Shown here piece after piece: positions 50,570 to 51,556 of a stretch of 51,556 nucleotides of DNA. A program made the translations under genes and the position numbers. The first letter of the stretch is position 1. Each line of letters starts with the position of its first letter. Source of the DNA: Candidatus Niyogibacteria bacterium (GTDB lineage Bacteria > Patescibacteriota > Minisyncoccia > JACROR01); assembly GCA_016214345.1 (NCBI GenBank), contig JACROR010000025.1:1-51556 (forward strand), read 5' to 3'. The notes beneath the pieces were generated by a model, which saw nothing but the letters and a program-made list of their open reading frames with translations, had not been told where the DNA came from and did no database searches.

Positions 50570-51556
50570 ATGGCTATGATGCTGGAACAAAAAATGGAAG
50601 TTAAAATTCTTGCAGGGATTATTTTGGCGGCTTTCATTTTGTCGCTCGGATATTCTTTTTATTTCCGTATAACGCCAGCGGTGGATGCCGCAGCTTATGA
50701 CCGCATTGCCTGGAATTTAGTGCAGGGTAATGGATACAAGGAGCGCGCTGAATTGTCTTATGAAAAAGACTTGGCGATCATGCGGGTGGGGCCGGGATAT
50801 GAGCTTTTTCTCGCGGCGATTTATTTTTTGTTTGGACGCCATTATGAAGCGGCGTGGATTATAAACGCCTTGCTTCACGCGCTTTCGGCGCTTTTGGTAT
50901 TTTTGATAGCCAAAGAAATATTTAAAGAGGCGGGGGGATTTTTTATAGGGGCAGTAGCGTCGGCCTTTATCGCTTTTTCGCCGGATCTTATCACTATGAG
51001 TGGAATGTTAATGACCGAGACTTTGGGCGTCTTTTTGATCACTCTTAGTATTTATTTGTTTTGGCGTTATGTTAATGGTGTCGCGAAGTCGGCCGGATTA
51101 TTGTTTTTCACGGCCTTGGTATTTGGTTTCGCGGTCATGGTGCGCACGCCCGCGGCATTACTTTTTTTGCCTTTTGCTTATTATTTTATCCGCGAGAACA
51201 ATTGGAAGCATTTTTTAATTTTTACAGTGATTTTAATTTTGCTTTTTATGCCCTGGATTGTGAGAAATTATTATGTGTATCGCGCCTTTATTCCCACCAA
51301 TCTGGCTTTTGGATATGATTTATTGGCGGGAAATCATCCTGGCGCCACCGGAGAACTGGAGCCGTATGCCGTAAACGATGAATTTATGAGCCACGGTCGT
51401 ATTGAGGGCAATAAGATGGCGCTTAAAGCGGCGCTGGGATTTATCTTGGCTAATCCGGCGGAATTTAGCAGGATTACTCTGGATAGAATTTCCATTTATT
51501 TCAGTTTCGCGAGACCCACCGGATTTTGGTTTCATTTGCACGGCTTCGCGAAAGCC
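50570..51556 (+). CDS. second GT-C fold membrane glycosyltransferase (ArnT/PMT-like), 3'-truncated by the window edge
   Basis: Not in the ORF track because it has no stop. I read an open frame from ATG 50570 to the window end (329 codons). It is polytopic, with AVDAAAYDRIAWNL in the first loop. Confidence 0.65.
   Translation, partial: MAMMLEQKMEVKILAGIILAAFILSLGYSFYFRITPAVDAAAYDRIAWNLVQGNGYKERAELSYEKDLAIMRVGPGYELFLAAIYFLFGRHYEAAWIINALLHALSALLVFLIAKEIFKEAGGFFIGAVASAFIAFSPDLITMSGMLMTETLGVFLITLSIYLFWRYVNGVAKSAGLLFFTALVFGFAVMVRTPAALLFLPFAYYFIRENNWKHFLIFTVILILLFMPWIVRNYYVYRAFIPTNLAFGYDLLAGNHPGATGELEPYAVNDEFMSHGRIEGNKMALKAALGFILANPAEFSRITLDRISIYFSFARPTGFWFHLHGFAKA

Overview
This 51.5-kb bacterial window is densely packed and has moderate to low GC. 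It holds housekeeping genes (ftsH, recG, pepN-like M1 aminopeptidase, guaB, ligA, gatCA, pyrH, comF). It also holds a complete type IV pilus cluster (pilMNO, pilB, pilT, pilC, two tandem major pilins, pilD, four minor pilins), an Elp3-type radical-SAM/GNAT enzyme, a GT4/GT2/GT-C glycosylation block and seven tRNA genes. The gene content, the many small membrane hypotheticals and the GC-rich palindromic repeats that translate as PAGRQAG/PTGQAG suggest a Patescibacteria/CPR (Parcubacteria-like) genome; this is inference only. Three things stand out. (1) A compact Pup/UBact-type tagging plus 20S proteasome operon lies at 3.9-10.5 kb: an Mpa-like AAA ATPase, Dop-like and PafA-like paralogs, beta and alpha subunits, and a 54-aa acidic tag ending in Gly-Glu. 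The genes are joined by stop/start overlaps and their order is not the actinobacterial one. The ATPase gene is broken twice, by a -1 shift at an A7 run and by an in-frame TAA between Walker A and Walker B. (2) Every one of the seven tRNA genes has an adjacent truncated copy of its own 5' or 3' end, and four of the seven copies (plus one T-arm-derived hairpin at tRNA-Asp) are interrupted by GC-rich palindromic modules. No integrase or transposase is present. (3) A modular family of GC-rich palindromic elements occurs in intergenic regions, at gene 3' ends and nested in one another. It also occurs in frame inside gatC, the Elp3 homolog and the C-terminus of a P-loop ATPase. A roughly 100-nt structured element is conserved downstream of two tRNAs. 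Minor observations are unusual tRNA anticodons (Ile-UAU, Arg-GCG), deviant T-loops in both CAU tRNAs, a secreted Kazal-domain protein and a GC-rich orphan ORF at the left edge. No CRISPR array, rRNA, transposase or prophage was seen.
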